Virus record (IMG/VR): IMGVR_UViG_2974666281_000001
Coordinates: 96,001 to 160,000 of that record
Reading direction: 5' to 3' (one strand)
DNA: 64,000 nt
Origin: a virus
Taxonomy: Duplodnaviria; Caudoviricetes
A program made the position numbers and the translations under genes. The notes beneath the pieces were generated by a model. That model searched no databases and had not been told where the DNA came from. It saw nothing but the letters and a program-made list of their open reading frames with translations. How positions within the stretch are numbered: position 1 is the stretch's first letter; the number at the start of each line of letters is the position of its first letter. Of this stretch, positions 1 to 12,945 are shown in pieces.

Positions 1-186
1 GATTACGCTACTGCATTAGTTAAAGAACTCAATGGACAAATCCTGGCCAAACATCAAGGTATGTCTTTACCTGGTGGTGTAACGGTTGATGGTGTTCGTC
101 TAATTGAAGAAGCTCGTCTTGAAAAAGAAGCATTACGACAAGAGCTTGATTTACTGGACCCGCCATTTGGTATTTTAGTAGGTTAA
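1..186 (+). CDS. gp13: neck protein gp13, C-terminal fragment (starts before window)
   Basis: Frame 1 reads [31 protein letters not shown]...[10 protein letters not shown], the T4 gp13 C-terminus; directly upstream of gp14. Confidence 0.93.
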   Translation, partial: DYATALVKELNGQILAKHQGMSLPGGVTVDGVRLIEEARLEKEALRQELDLLDPPFGILVG

Positions 187-187
187 T

Positions 188-964
188 ATGTCTACATACG
201 ACAAATCCCTTTTTGCTAAATTAGAAAATAGATCAGGATATTCTAAAACTAATGAGCAAGAAATATTGAACCCGTTCGTTAACTTTCATCACTATGAGAA
301 TACCCAGACATTAGCAGATGTATTAGTGGCTGAAAGTATTCAGATGCGTGGGATAGAGCTTTATTATATCCCACGTGAATTCGTCAAGCCTGATATGATA
401 TTTGGTGAAGACCTTCAATCTAAGTTCACTAAAGCTTGGAAATTTGCTGGCTATCTTGATTCGTTTGATGGGTATTCTGGTGATAACATATTCTTCAGCA
501 AGTTTGGCATGTCTGTTAATGATGAAGTGAATATCAGCATAAACCCCGGACTTTTCAAACATCAATGCAATGGAACTGAGCCTATTTCAGGTGACTTAAT
601 TTATTTCCCAATGGACAATAGTCTGTTTGAAATAAATTGGGTCCAACCATATGACCCATTCTACCAAGTAGGTCAGAACGCCATACGTAAAATTACTGCT
701 CAGAAATTTGTTTATTCGGGTGAACAACTTCAGCCTGAACTTCAACGTAATGATGGGATTAATATTCCTGAATTCAGTGAACTCGACCTTGAACCTGTTC
801 ATAATATCGATGGTTTAGCCGATATTAACGATGACCAATACGCCGAAAGTAATCAATTTAATGCTGAAGCTGCTGAATACGTTGAACCATATACGGTTAT
901 TAATGGACGAGGCAATCAAGCTCCACCTAAACCTGAAGCATTTGACGACAGCTTCTTTAACTAA
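188..964 (+). CDS. gp14: neck/head-closure protein gp14
   Basis: 258 aa, N-terminus [17 protein letters not shown] and [16 protein letters not shown] match T4 gp14; synteny 13-14-15. Confidence 0.95.
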   Translation: MSTYDKSLFAKLENRSGYSKTNEQEILNPFVNFHHYENTQTLADVLVAESIQMRGIELYYIPREFVKPDMIFGEDLQSKFTKAWKFAGYLDSFDGYSGDNIFFSKFGMSVNDEVNISINPGLFKHQCNGTEPISGDLIYFPMDNSLFEINWVQPYDPFYQVGQNAIRKITAQKFVYSGEQLQPELQRNDGINIPEFSELDLEPVHNIDGLADINDDQYAESNQFNAEAAEYVEPYTVINGRGNQAPPKPEAFDDSFFN

Positions 965-994
965 TAAATAAACATATTACGGGCCGCAAGGCCC
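963..994 (+). promoter_or_regulatory. late-promoter-like AATAAATA plus GCAA-tetraloop hairpin before gene 15
   Basis: AATAAATA at 963-970; GGGCC-GCAA-GGCCC at 981-994 just ahead of a GGAG Shine-Dalgarno. Confidence 0.55.
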
Positions 995-1006
995 TTTGGA
1001 GAGAAA

Positions 1007-1836
1007 ATGTTTGGTCATTGGTACAATTCATCACTGCGTCGCTATATAGTTTTAATGGGTGATTTGTTTTCCCATGTCCAAGTAGCGCGTACTAGAGAAG
1101 ACACAGGTATAAAATTTATTAAGGTGCCTATTACTTATGCATCAAAAGAAAAATTCATGTCTCAACTTGGTAAAATCACCGCTATTCAAAGTACTCAAGA
1201 TAAAGCTAAGGTTGAGACTATCCTACCACGTATGAATCTTCATATGGTAGACCTTCAATATAACGCACAATATAAAACAGCTTTACAGAACAGAAGTGCA
1301 GCACGTTATCAAGATGGTGACCCGAGAAAATCTGTTTCTCAATTTAGTCCTACTCCAGTTAAAATGATTTTTGAGCTTGGAATCTACACTCGTCATCAAG
1401 ATGATATGTATCAAATTATAGAACAGATTTTACCTTATTTCCAACCTCATTTTAATACGACTATCACTGAGCTTTATACTAACGATATTAAGTTTGAGCG
1501 AGACATCAGGATTGTTTTCCAGTCAGCTGCAATGGATGAACAATTTGAAGGTGATAACATCACTAGACGTCGTCTGGAATGGTCTATTATGTTTGAAGTT
1601 AATGGATGGATTTATCCACCTGTTGCAGATATTTCAGGTGAAATTAGAACCATTTATATTGACTTCTTTGCCAACACTAAAGAATTAACCCCTGAAGGTA
1701 TTTTCGAATCTGTTGATAGCGAAGTTGTTCCACGTCATATAGAAGCAGCCGAATGGGATGGCTCGTATGAACAAACTTATTCAAAAGATACGCCAATTCC
1801 TGTTCCACCACAAGAACCTGGCCCGAGGACTAATAA

Positions 1837-1840
<4 letters not shown>
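1007..1840 (+). CDS. gp15: tail sheath stabiliser / tail terminator gp15
   Basis: [31 protein letters not shown] and [11 protein letters not shown] motifs of gp15. Confidence 0.95.
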
Positions 1841-4159
<2,319 letters not shown>

Positions 4160-4191
4160 AAAGTAAAGCAAAACAATATTGAGGATTCAAA

Positions 4192-6174
4192 ATGGCTTTA
4201 TTATCCCCGGGCATTGAGCTCAAAGAAACTAGTGTACAAAGCACCGTCGTTCGTAATGCTACCGGTCGTGCTGCGCTGGTAGGGAAGTTCCAGTGGGGTC
4301 CTGCATTTCAGGTTACTCAAATCACTAACGAAGTTGAATTAGTAGAACGTTTCGGTGGTCCTAATAACGAAACTGCTGACTATTTCATGTCTGGTATGAA
4401 CTTCCTCCAGTATGGTAATGACTTACGTGTTGTTCGTGTAGTTAATCGTGAAACAGCTAAAAACGCATCTCCTGTTGCCGGTAACATTAGTTCAACTATT
4501 ACTACTGCAGGTTCTAACTATGCTGTAGGCGATAAAATTACAGTTAAATATTTGCAGACAGTTGTTGAAACTGAAGGTAAAATTACCGCTGTTGATGCGG
4601 ATGGCAAAATTCTGAGTGTGTATATTCCTTCAGAAAAAATTATTGCATACGCTAAATCAGTAAACCAATATCCATCACTTGGGTCTGCTTGGACGGCTGA
4701 AATTTCTTCTGCTTCATCTGGTGTTTCAGGTACTCTTTCTATCCAAAGTGTAGTTACTGATTCTGGTATTCTTCTGACTGAACCAGAAAGTGCTATCGAA
4801 GAAATTACTTCAGTAGATTTCCAAGCCCTGATTAAGAAATACAATATGCCAGGTATTGTGGCTATTTACCCAGGTGAAATTGGCTCTCAAATCGAAGTAG
4901 AAATTATTTCTAAAACTACTTTTGATAAGGCTTCTTCTCCTGATTTAGACATTTTCCCAGGCGGTGGTAAGCGCGCTTCTACTGCTCGTGCGGTATTTGG
5001 TTATGGTCCACAGACTGAAGATCAATATGGTATTATCGTTCGTCGTGACGGTGCTATCATGGAATCTGTGATTCTGTCTACTAAATATGGCGATAAAGAC
5101 GTTTACGGTAATAACATCTTTATGGATGATTATTTCTCTAAAGGAACTTCTAACTACATCTTTGGTACTACTCAAGGATGGCCAAAAGGCTTCTCAGGTA
5201 TTATTAAATTATCAGGTGGTGTTTCTTCAAGCGAAACTGTTACTGCTGGCGATTTGATGCAAGGGTGGGATCTGTTTGGTGATCGTGAAGCTCTGCATAT
5301 TAACCTGTTGATTGCTGGTGCTTGTGCTGGTGAAGGCGACGAGGTGGCTTCTACAGTTCAGAAACACGTTGTTTCTATTGCTGACGAACGCCAAGATTGC
5401 CTTGCTTTTATTTCTCCTCCTAAAGGCACTTTAGTTAACGTTCCACTGACACGTGCAGTAGATAACTTAATTAATTGGCGTACTGCTCAAGAAGGTTTTG
5501 ATACTAATAACATGAATATCAGCACGACTTATGCTGCTATTGATGGTAACTACAAATACCAATATGACAAATACAACGACGTAAACCGTTGGGTTCCATT
5601 GGCTGCTGATATGGCAGGTCTGTGTGCTCGTACTGACGATGTTTCTCAACCTTGGATGTCTCCAGCTGGTTATAACCGTGGTCAGATTCTGAACGTCATT
5701 AAATTGGCTATCGAACCTCGCCAGGCGCATCGTGACCGTATGTATCAAGAAGCTATTAACCCAGTTACTGGTTTCGCAGGTGGTGATGGATTCGTTCTGT
5801 ACGGTGATAAAACCGCTACTAAAGTGCCTACGCCATTTGACCATATTAACGTTCGTCGTCTCTTCAACATGTTGAAGAAAAATATCGGTGATGCGTCTAA
5901 ATATCGTCTGTTCGAAAACAACGACAACTTTACTCGTTCAAGCTTCCGTATGGAAACTTCACAATACCTGAGTGGTATCAAAGCGCTAGGTGGTGTATAC
6001 GAGTTCCGTGTTGTTTGTGATACGACTAATAACACCCCAGGTGTTATTGACCGTAACGAATTTGTAGCGAGCATCTACGTTAAACCAGCCCGATCAATTA
6101 ACTACATCACTCTGAACTTTGTTGCTACAAGCACTGGTGCAGATTTCGATGAGCTGATTGGTCCTGCTCAATAA
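4192..6174 (+). CDS. gp18: tail sheath protein gp18
   Basis: MALLSPGIELKETSVQSTVV...PARSINYITLNFVATSTGADFDELIG; 660 aa. Confidence 0.98.
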   Translation: MALLSPGIELKETSVQSTVVRNATGRAALVGKFQWGPAFQVTQITNEVELVERFGGPNNETADYFMSGMNFLQYGNDLRVVRVVNRETAKNASPVAGNISSTITTAGSNYAVGDKITVKYLQTVVETEGKITAVDADGKILSVYIPSEKIIAYAKSVNQYPSLGSAWTAEISSASSGVSGTLSIQSVVTDSGILLTEPESAIEEITSVDFQALIKKYNMPGIVAIYPGEIGSQIEVEIISKTTFDKASSPDLDIFPGGGKRASTARAVFGYGPQTEDQYGIIVRRDGAIMESVILSTKYGDKDVYGNNIFMDDYFSKGTSNYIFGTTQGWPKGFSGIIKLSGGVSSSETVTAGDLMQGWDLFGDREALHINLLIAGACAGEGDEVASTVQKHVVSIADERQDCLAFISPPKGTLVNVPLTRAVDNLINWRTAQEGFDTNNMNISTTYAAIDGNYKYQYDKYNDVNRWVPLAADMAGLCARTDDVSQPWMSPAGYNRGQILNVIKLAIEPRQAHRDRMYQEAINPVTGFAGGDGFVLYGDKTATKVPTPFDHINVRRLFNMLKKNIGDASKYRLFENNDNFTRSSFRMETSQYLSGIKALGGVYEFRVVCDTTNNTPGVIDRNEFVASIYVKPARSINYITLNFVATSTGADFDELIGPAQ

Positions 6175-6178
6175 TAGG

Positions 6179-6210
6179 ATGGCGCCTAGGACGTTTACTC
6201 TAGGCGCCAT
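6179..6210 (+). terminator. hairpin after gene 18 (terminator or processing stem)
   Basis: 11-bp inverted repeat ATGGCGCCTAG / CTAGGCGCCAT with 10-nt loop; weak U tract. Confidence 0.55.
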
Positions 6211-6260
6211 ATATTCTATTAGGTTAATAGAAATTCTTTCCCTGGCTGTCCCTGACACTA

Positions 6261-6268
6261 TATAAATA
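6261..6268 (+). promoter_or_regulatory. T4 late promoter driving the HNH gene and gene 19
   Basis: Consensus TATAAATA ending 6 nt before ATG 6275. Confidence 0.75.
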
Positions 6269-6274
6269 AGTTAT

Positions 6275-6958
6275 ATGATTACTAATACACATTTTGTAGT
6301 TCCAATAACTAATAGAAACGTTACTGCTTTTAAATCACTAGGATATGAAGTTAAAAGTGGGGTTCCTCATTTAATAGAATTCGATGACTGTCCTGGAAAA
6401 ACTGTTATTACTTGTCGTTGTGACACTTGCTCAGAAGAGTATACAATCACAAAGGCTAAGTTAAATGAAACAAATACAAAATTTTGTATGAAACACCGTT
6501 GGGAAGTTTATTCTGAAGACCGCAAAGATTTCTGGAATTCCGAACAAGGATTAGAAATAAGAAAGGTCAAAGGCCCTAAGATTTCTAAATCTAAGAAAGG
6601 AGTTCGTATAGAAGCCTGTTGTGGGTCTAATAATGGTAGATGGAATCCTAACAAAGATGCTAAAAGAAAATATTACTCAAAAGTTCGTGGTTATTCTCTA
6701 AAACACTTTAGACGTGAAATAGAAAAGCTTCCTAATTTTGAGTTAAGTGGTAAGTGTGGTATTGAAAATGCTTACCAATTAGACCATAAGGTATCTATCA
6801 AATATGGGTTTGAAAATAATGTTCCTCCTGAGATTATAGGACATATTTGCAACCTAGAAATGATTCCTTGGGAACAGAATCGCCAAAAAGATTCTAGAAA
6901 CAGTGTTGACCTAGAAACACTTAACCTTTTAATCGAAAAACATGATAGGAAACAATAA
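6275..6958 (+). mobile_element. putative free-standing HNH homing endonuclease inserted between genes 18 and 19
   Basis: 227 aa; C-terminal YQLDHKVS...HICNLEMIPWEQNRQK HNH-type motif, N-terminal CRCDTC...C zinc-binding segment, central Lys-rich NUMOD-like KISKSKKG...GSNNGRW; no gene here in T4. Confidence 0.75.
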
Positions 6959-6961
6959 CTT

Positions 6962-7453
6962 ATGGAGCTAACGGATATCACGAGAGCATTTGAGTCAGGT
7001 GACTTTGCTCGCCCTAACCTTTTCGAAGTCGAAATCCCATTCCTTGGTAAAAACTTCAGCTTCAAATGTAAAGCTGCTCCGATGCCAGCAGGCATTGTAG
7101 AGAAAGTACCAGTCGGTTATATGAACCGTAAAATCAACGTTGCAGGCGACCGTACGTTTGATGACTGGACTATCACCATCTATAATGATGACGCGCATAA
7201 AACTCGTCAGGCTATTGTTGATTGGCAGAATCTGTGCCACGGCATGACCAACGAAATTACTGGTGCTGCTCCAGCAGAATATAAGAAAACTGCTATCGTA
7301 CGTCAATTCCATCGTGATGGTAAAACTGTAACTAAAGAGCACACTATTACTGGTCTGTGGCCAACTAACGTTGGTGAAGTGCAAATGGACTGGGACAGCA
7401 ATAACGAAGTAGAAACATTCGAAACTACTTTCGCCATCGATTGGTGGGAATAA
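6962..7453 (+). CDS. gp19: tail tube protein gp19
   Basis: DITRAFESGDFARPNLFEVEI, NRKINVAGDRTFDDWT; 163 aa as in T4. Confidence 0.98.
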   Translation: MELTDITRAFESGDFARPNLFEVEIPFLGKNFSFKCKAAPMPAGIVEKVPVGYMNRKINVAGDRTFDDWTITIYNDDAHKTRQAIVDWQNLCHGMTNEITGAAPAEYKKTAIVRQFHRDGKTVTKEHTITGLWPTNVGEVQMDWDSNNEVETFETTFAIDWWE

Positions 7454-7458
7454 ATACT

Positions 7459-7484
7459 TATGGAGCTTCGGCTCCATAGTTTTG
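7459..7484 (+). terminator. Rho-independent terminator after gene 19
   Basis: TATGGAGC-TTCG-GCTCCATA followed by GTTTT. Confidence 0.8.
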
Positions 7485-7521
7485 AAAAGTATTTTGCTTT
7501 AAAATACTTCTTAAAGCTCGG

Positions 7522-7529
7522 TATAAATA
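7522..7529 (+). promoter_or_regulatory. T4 late promoter for gene 20
   Basis: TATAAATA upstream of the portal gene. Confidence 0.8.
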
Positions 7530-7570
7530 TTATCAGAAGAGCAACGCTCTGTTAACTTTGGAGACTCTAA

Positions 7571-9139
7571 ATGGCTTTCGACTTATTAAGTATCTTTGCT
7601 CCTTGGGCCAAACAAGATGAGCAAGAATACAACCAAAATATAAAAAATGATTTAGAGTCGGTTACAGCACCTAAATTTGACGATGGTGCTCGTGAAATCG
7701 AAGCTAATGAGAACGACCGTCCTGGTAATGGATTCTTACAACAAATGTTCGGCACACAAGAACCGGGCATGAAATCTACTAGAGAGCTTATCGACACTTA
7801 TCGTAGTTTAATGAATAACTATGAAGTTGATAATGCTGTTCAGGAAATCGTTTCAGATGCTGTGGTTTATGAAGACAACCATGATGTGGTTGCTCTTGAC
7901 CTAGACTCTACCGAATTTAGTCAATCTATCAAAGAACGAATTCATGAAGAATTCGGCGATGTTTTGACAAGTTTAAATTTCCAGCGCAAAGGTACAGACC
8001 ATTTCCGTCGTTGGTATGTTGATTCACGAATTTTCTTCCATAAAATTATTAGTCCTAATAAACCTAAAGAAGGCATCCAAGAACTACGCCGGTTGGACCC
8101 TAGAAATATTGAATTTGTCCGTGAAGTAATAACTAAAGATGAATCAGGCGCGAAAATCGTTAAAGGATATCGTGATTATTTCATTTATGATACAGGCAAT
8201 GAATCCTATTCTGCCGATGGTCGGGTTTATGCCGCTGGCACTAAAATTAAAATCCCTCGAGCAGCTGTTGTTTATGCCCATTCTGGATTAGTTGACTGCT
8301 CAGGCAAAAACATTATCGGTTATCTCCATCGAGCGGTTAAGCCTGCAAACCAATTAAAATTAATGGAAGACGCGCTAGTCATCTACCGTATTACCCGTGC
8401 TCCAGACCGCCGTGTGTTTTATATCGACACAGGGAATATGCCTTCACGTAAGGCAGCCCAGCATATGCAACATATTATGAATACGATGAAAAACCGTGTT
8501 GTATATGATGCTTCGACCGGCAAGATTAAAAACCAACAGCACAATATGTCTATGACAGAAGATTATTGGTTGCAACGTCGTGACGGTAAAGCGGTAACAG
8601 AAGTTGATACCATGCCAGGTGCTACTGGTATGAGCGATATGGATGATGTCCGTTATTTTCGTACTAATCTCTATCGCGCTCTTCGAATCCCTGAATCACG
8701 TATCCCTAATGACCAAGGTGGTGGCGGTGTACAATTCGAATCAGGTATGGCTATTACTCGTGACGAATTAAAATTTGCTAAATTTATTCGTGACCTCCAA
8801 CATAAATTCGAAGAAATTCTGTTGGACCCACTAAAAACAAACTTAATCCTTCGTAAAGTTATTACAGAAGATGAGTGGGAACGCGAAATAAATAATATTA
8901 AAGTTGTGTTCCACCGTGATTCATACTTCACTGAAATGAAGGATGCTGAAATCATGGAACGTAGAATCAATATGCTGACTATGGCCGAACCGTTCATTGG
9001 TAAGTATTTGTCTCATCAGACTGCTATGAAAGATTTCTTGCAGATGACTGAAGAACAAATTGAACAAGAAGCTAAGCAGATTGAACTTGAGTCTAAAGAG
9101 GCTCGTTTCCAAGACCCTGAAAATGAAGAGGATTTCTAA
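7571..9139 (+). CDS. gp20: portal protein gp20
   Basis: [39 protein letters not shown] and [11 protein letters not shown]; 522 aa. Confidence 0.98.
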   Translation: MAFDLLSIFAPWAKQDEQEYNQNIKNDLESVTAPKFDDGAREIEANENDRPGNGFLQQMFGTQEPGMKSTRELIDTYRSLMNNYEVDNAVQEIVSDAVVYEDNHDVVALDLDSTEFSQSIKERIHEEFGDVLTSLNFQRKGTDHFRRWYVDSRIFFHKIISPNKPKEGIQELRRLDPRNIEFVREVITKDESGAKIVKGYRDYFIYDTGNESYSADGRVYAAGTKIKIPRAAVVYAHSGLVDCSGKNIIGYLHRAVKPANQLKLMEDALVIYRITRAPDRRVFYIDTGNMPSRKAAQHMQHIMNTMKNRVVYDASTGKIKNQQHNMSMTEDYWLQRRDGKAVTEVDTMPGATGMSDMDDVRYFRTNLYRALRIPESRIPNDQGGGGVQFESGMAITRDELKFAKFIRDLQHKFEEILLDPLKTNLILRKVITEDEWEREINNIKVVFHRDSYFTEMKDAEIMERRINMLTMAEPFIGKYLSHQTAMKDFLQMTEEQIEQEAKQIELESKEARFQDPENEEDF

Positions 9140-9390
9140 TGGAAGATTTCGTTTCCGCAGTTAAATCCAACGACCTCATCAAAGCTAAAAAAGCGTTTAA
9201 CGCTATTATGCTTGAAAGGACCGCTGGTTTAATCGAAGAGCAGCGTAAGCTTATTGCTCAGTCTATTGTTATCGAAGGTGAAGAACCTAAAGATGACGAG
9301 GAAGAAGATAAAGACGATAAAGAAAAGTCTGAAAAATTCCCTCCTAAAAAAGACGAAAAAGAAAAACCCGAAGACGAGAAGGAAGACTAA
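9139..9390 (+). CDS. gp67: prohead core protein gp67
   Basis: Small protein, VKSNDLIKAKK N-terminus and acidic tail; position 20-67-68. Confidence 0.9.
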   Translation: MEDFVSAVKSNDLIKAKKAFNAIMLERTAGLIEEQRKLIAQSIVIEGEEPKDDEEEDKDDKEKSEKFPPKKDEKEKPEDEKED

Positions 9391-9816
9391 ATGTTAATGC
9401 TCCCTGAAAGCCATGAATTAGTAATCGATAATGTCGAAGCCCTGATTCCTGAAGCACAGGGTCGTCTTGATGTTTTGTCGAAAGCTCTTGATAAGGCAGA
9501 TATAAATAAAATTGTAGAGAACATGCTAAGTGACAATGCCGATTTGGCTATTGCACTTGGTTCTCTCAATGAAGGTATGCAATTAAACGAGTTTATTGTT
9601 AAACACGTTTCTTCTCGTGGTGAAATTACGCGTACTAAAGACCGTAAAACACGTCAGCGCAATGCATATCAAACTACTGGATTATCTAAAGCAGCTCGTC
9701 GTCAAATCGCTCGTAAGGCGACCAAAACTAAACGTGCTAATCCGTCTATTACCACGCGGGCCCAACGTAAAAAGAAAAAAGCGATGGCCAAGCGTAAAGC
9801 ATTTGGACTAAGCTAA
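9391..9816 (+). CDS. gp68: prohead core protein gp68
   Basis: [21 protein letters not shown] and basic C-terminus [17 protein letters not shown]; 141 aa. Confidence 0.93.
   Translation: MLMLPESHELVIDNVEALIPEAQGRLDVLSKALDKADINKIVENMLSDNADLAIALGSLNEGMQLNEFIVKHVSSRGEITRTKDRKTRQRNAYQTTGLSKAARRQIARKATKTKRANPSITTRAQRKKKKAMAKRKAFGLS
9501..9508 (+). promoter_or_regulatory. internal late promoter in gene 68 (probably for gene 21)
   Basis: Consensus TATAAATA. Confidence 0.5.
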
Positions 9817-10463
9817 TGAATGAACCCCAATTATTAATTGAAAATTGGGGTCAACCAGGCGAAGTGATTGATGGAAAACCTATGCTTGAATCCTTTGAAA
9901 GTAATGAAGATTCTGGATTAAAACCAGGTCTTTATATCGAAGGTGTATTCATGCAAGCTGAAGTTGTTAACCGTAATAAACGTCTTTATCCTAAAAGAAT
10001 TTTAGAAAAAGCCGTTTCTAATTACATCAAGGAACAAGTTCAAACCAAACAAGCATTAGGAGAATTAAACCATCCACCTCGCGCTAACGTTGACCCTATG
10101 CAAGCTGCCATTATTATCGAAGATATGTGGTGGAAAGGTAACGACGTATATGGACGTGCTCGTATTATCGAAGGCGACCATGGTCCAGGAGATAAACTAG
10201 CCGCTAATATTCGTGCAGGATGGATTCCTGGTGTGTCTAGTCGTGGTCTAGGAGCTCTTAAACCTTCAGGTAAAGGTTATAACATCGTTCAGGAAGGATT
10301 TCGCCTGACGGTAGGCGTAGACGCTGTGTGGGGACCTAGTGCTCCAGACGCATGGGTAACGCCAAAACAAATTTCTGAAAGTGTTCAGGAAACGGCGCAA
10401 GTCGCCAATACAAGTGCTGATGATGCTTTTAATGCACTAGCCGAGCGCTTAAAAGCGTTATAA
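9816..10463 (+). CDS. gp21: prohead protease gp21
   Basis: LYIEGVFMQAEVVNRNKRLYP, ALGELNHP (His), GVSSRGLG (Ser), DAVWGPSAP. Confidence 0.97.
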   Translation: MNEPQLLIENWGQPGEVIDGKPMLESFESNEDSGLKPGLYIEGVFMQAEVVNRNKRLYPKRILEKAVSNYIKEQVQTKQALGELNHPPRANVDPMQAAIIIEDMWWKGNDVYGRARIIEGDHGPGDKLAANIRAGWIPGVSSRGLGALKPSGKGYNIVQEGFRLTVGVDAVWGPSAPDAWVTPKQISESVQETAQVANTSADDAFNALAERLKAL

Positions 10464-10466
10464 ATA
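10459..10466 (+). promoter_or_regulatory. T4 late promoter for gene 22
   Basis: TATAAATA overlapping the gp21 stop. Confidence 0.8.
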
Positions 10467-10495
10467 ATTATGTAACTTAACAACAGGACTACAAA

Positions 10496-11311
10496 ATGCT
10501 GAAAGAACTACTGATTAGTGAAGCTAAAGAAATTGATGCTTCCGTAGAACTTGACAGTGTTTTCGAATCAGTTAATCTGTCTGATGAAGCAAAAGCTAAT
10601 TTCAGCACTGTATTCGAAGCGACCGTCAAAAAACACGCCATTCAACTGGCAGAATCTCACATTACTAAAATCGCTGAACTGGCTGAAACTCAGGTTCAGG
10701 AAGGTATTGAAACGGCAAAAGACGAAGCTGAAAAAGCTCTGACTGAATCTGCTTCTAAATTCTTTGACCATATCGCTAAAGAATGGCTCGCTGAAAACAA
10801 ATTAGCAATTGATAAAGGTATTAAAGCCGATCTGTTTGAATCAATGCTGGTAGGCATGAAAGAACTGTTCGTAGAACACAACGTAGTTATTCCAGAAGAA
10901 TCTGTAGATGTGGTTGCAGAAATGGAAGAAGAACTGGCTGAATCCACTGCCGAAGTTGCTAAGCTGTTCGAAACTAATGGTGCTCTGGAAAGCGAAATTG
11001 CTTCTCTGAAACGTGGCATTGCTATTTCTGAAGCAACCCGTGATTTAACTGAATCTCAGAAAGAGAGCGTTGCATCTCTAACTGAAGGAATGGATTATTC
11101 CGAAGCTTTCACCGGTAAGTTGACCGCTATCGTCGAAATGGTTAAAACTTCCAAAGAAAAAGATAATACCATTACTGAAGGTGTAATAAATACTCCTGAA
11201 GATGACGCTGTGAACCTGAACTACGTTTCAGAAGCAGTCGAAGATGAAAAATCAACTAAAGCACCTTCAATCATGGATTCTTACATCCGCGGTGCAGCAC
11301 GTCTTTCTTAA
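10496..11311 (+). CDS. gp22: major prohead scaffold gp22
   Basis: Acidic coiled-coil, LKELLISEA...IDASVELDSVFES, KEWLAENKLA; between 21 and 23. Confidence 0.95.
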   Translation: MLKELLISEAKEIDASVELDSVFESVNLSDEAKANFSTVFEATVKKHAIQLAESHITKIAELAETQVQEGIETAKDEAEKALTESASKFFDHIAKEWLAENKLAIDKGIKADLFESMLVGMKELFVEHNVVIPEESVDVVAEMEEELAESTAEVAKLFETNGALESEIASLKRGIAISEATRDLTESQKESVASLTEGMDYSEAFTGKLTAIVEMVKTSKEKDNTITEGVINTPEDDAVNLNYVSEAVEDEKSTKAPSIMDSYIRGAARLS

Positions 11312-11332
11312 TTTAACAAGGTTATACAACAC

Positions 11333-12892
11333 ATGAAAAAGAACGCTCTCTTAGAAAAATGGCAGCCACTGCTGGAAAATGAAGCCCTGCCAGAAATTGT
11401 TGGTGCTTCCAAACAACGCCTGATTGCTAAAATTCTGGAAACCCAGGAAAAAGATTTTAGTGAATCTCCTGAATATCGCGATGAAAAAATCGCTGAAGCT
11501 TTTGGTTCATTCCTGAGCGAAGCTGAAGTTGGTGGTGACCATGGTTACGACGCAACTAATATCGCTGCTGGCCAGACCTCTGGTGCTGTGACCCACATCG
11601 GTCCTGCTGTTATGGGTATGGTTCGTCGTGCGATTCCTAACCTGATTGCTTTTGACATCTGTGGTGTTCAGCCTATGAACAACCCAACTGGTCAGGTATT
11701 TGCTCTGCGTGCCGTTTACGGTAAAGACCCAATCGCTGATGGTGCTAAAGAAGCATTCCATCCTAAATTCGCTCCAGATGCAATGTTCTCTGGTCGTGGT
11801 GCTGCTGAGAAATTCGCAGTTGTTAAAGCTGGTGATTCTCTGACAGTTGGTGATATCGTGGTTCACGATTTCGTAGAAACTGGTCGTGCTCATCTGCAGG
11901 TTGTAGTTGCATTCACTGTTGATGCTGCCGCTACTGATGCTGGTAAACTGGACGCAGAAATCACTAAACGTCTGGAAGCTGGTGAAGTTGCAGAAATCGC
12001 TGAAGGTATGGCTACCTCTATCGCCGAACTGCAGGAAGGCTTCAATGGTTCTCAAGATAATGCTTGGAACGAAATGGGCTTCCGTATCGATAAACAAGTT
12101 ATCGAAGCTAAATCTCGTCAGCTGAAAGCTGCATATTCTATCGAACTGGCACAGGACCTGCGCGCTGTTCATGGTATGGATGCTGATGCCGAACTGAGTG
12201 GTATTCTGGCTACTGAAATCATGCTGGAAATTAACCGTGAAGTTATCGACTGGATTAACTACTCTGCTCAGGTTGGTAAAACCGGTATGACGCAGACCGT
12301 TGGTTCTAAAGCTGGTGTGTTTGACTTCCAGGACCCAATCGATACTCGTGGTGCTCGTTGGGCTGGTGAAAGCTTTAAAGCTCTGTTGTTCCAGATTGAC
12401 AAAGAAGCAGCTGAAATCGCTCGTCAGACTGGTCGTGGTGCTGGTAACTTCCTGATTGCTTCTCGTAACGTTGTTAACGTTCTGGCTGCAGTTGATACCA
12501 ACATTTCTCCTGCTGCACAGGGCCTGGGTAAAGGTTTCGAAACTGATACTACTAAAGCTGTATTCGCTGGTGTACTGGGTGGTCGCTACCGTGTCTATAT
12601 TGACCAGTATGCTCGCCAGGACTACTTCACCATCGGTTACAAAGGTGCTAACGAAATGGATGCTGGTATCTACTACGCTCCTTACGTTGCTCTGACCCCA
12701 CTGCGTGGTTCCGATCCGAAGAACTTCCAGCCAGTAATGGGCTTCAAAACTCGTTACGGTATCGGTATTAACCCGTTCGCTGACCCAGATGCTCAACAGC
12801 CTAAAGGTCGTATCCAATCTGGTATGCCTTCACTGGCTAACAGCGTTGGTAAAAACGGTTACTTCCGTCGTGTATTCGTTAAAGGTATCTAA
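11333..12892 (+). CDS. gp23: major capsid protein gp23
   Basis: EAEVGGDHGY cleavage region, VRRAIPNLIAFDICGVQPM, FQPVMGFKTRYG, YFRRVFVKGI; 519 aa. Confidence 0.99.
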   Translation: MKKNALLEKWQPLLENEALPEIVGASKQRLIAKILETQEKDFSESPEYRDEKIAEAFGSFLSEAEVGGDHGYDATNIAAGQTSGAVTHIGPAVMGMVRRAIPNLIAFDICGVQPMNNPTGQVFALRAVYGKDPIADGAKEAFHPKFAPDAMFSGRGAAEKFAVVKAGDSLTVGDIVVHDFVETGRAHLQVVVAFTVDAAATDAGKLDAEITKRLEAGEVAEIAEGMATSIAELQEGFNGSQDNAWNEMGFRIDKQVIEAKSRQLKAAYSIELAQDLRAVHGMDADAELSGILATEIMLEINREVIDWINYSAQVGKTGMTQTVGSKAGVFDFQDPIDTRGARWAGESFKALLFQIDKEAAEIARQTGRGAGNFLIASRNVVNVLAAVDTNISPAAQGLGKGFETDTTKAVFAGVLGGRYRVYIDQYARQDYFTIGYKGANEMDAGIYYAPYVALTPLRGSDPKNFQPVMGFKTRYGIGINPFADPDAQQPKGRIQSGMPSLANSVGKNGYFRRVFVKGI

Positions 12893-12906
12893 TACCTACC
12901 AAAATT

Positions 12907-12936
12907 ATGGGAGACTTCGGTCTCCCATTCTTGTTT
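12907..12936 (+). terminator. Rho-independent terminator after gene 23
   Basis: ATGGGAGAC-TTCG-GTCTCCCAT followed by T-rich tail. Confidence 0.85.
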
Positions 12937-12945
12937 CTATGGCTT

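Noticed and set aside
4518-6074. Several antisense ORFs within gene 18 (similar ones in 19, 20, 22, 24, nrdA, 32, 34)
   Set aside because: Same codon-bias artefact opposite conserved essential genes
11507-12817. 436-aa antisense ORF within gene 23
   Set aside because: Shadow ORF in register with gp23; the highly expressed gene avoids TTA/CTA/TCA codons, which removes antisense stops. No SD or promoter and no recognisable motifs
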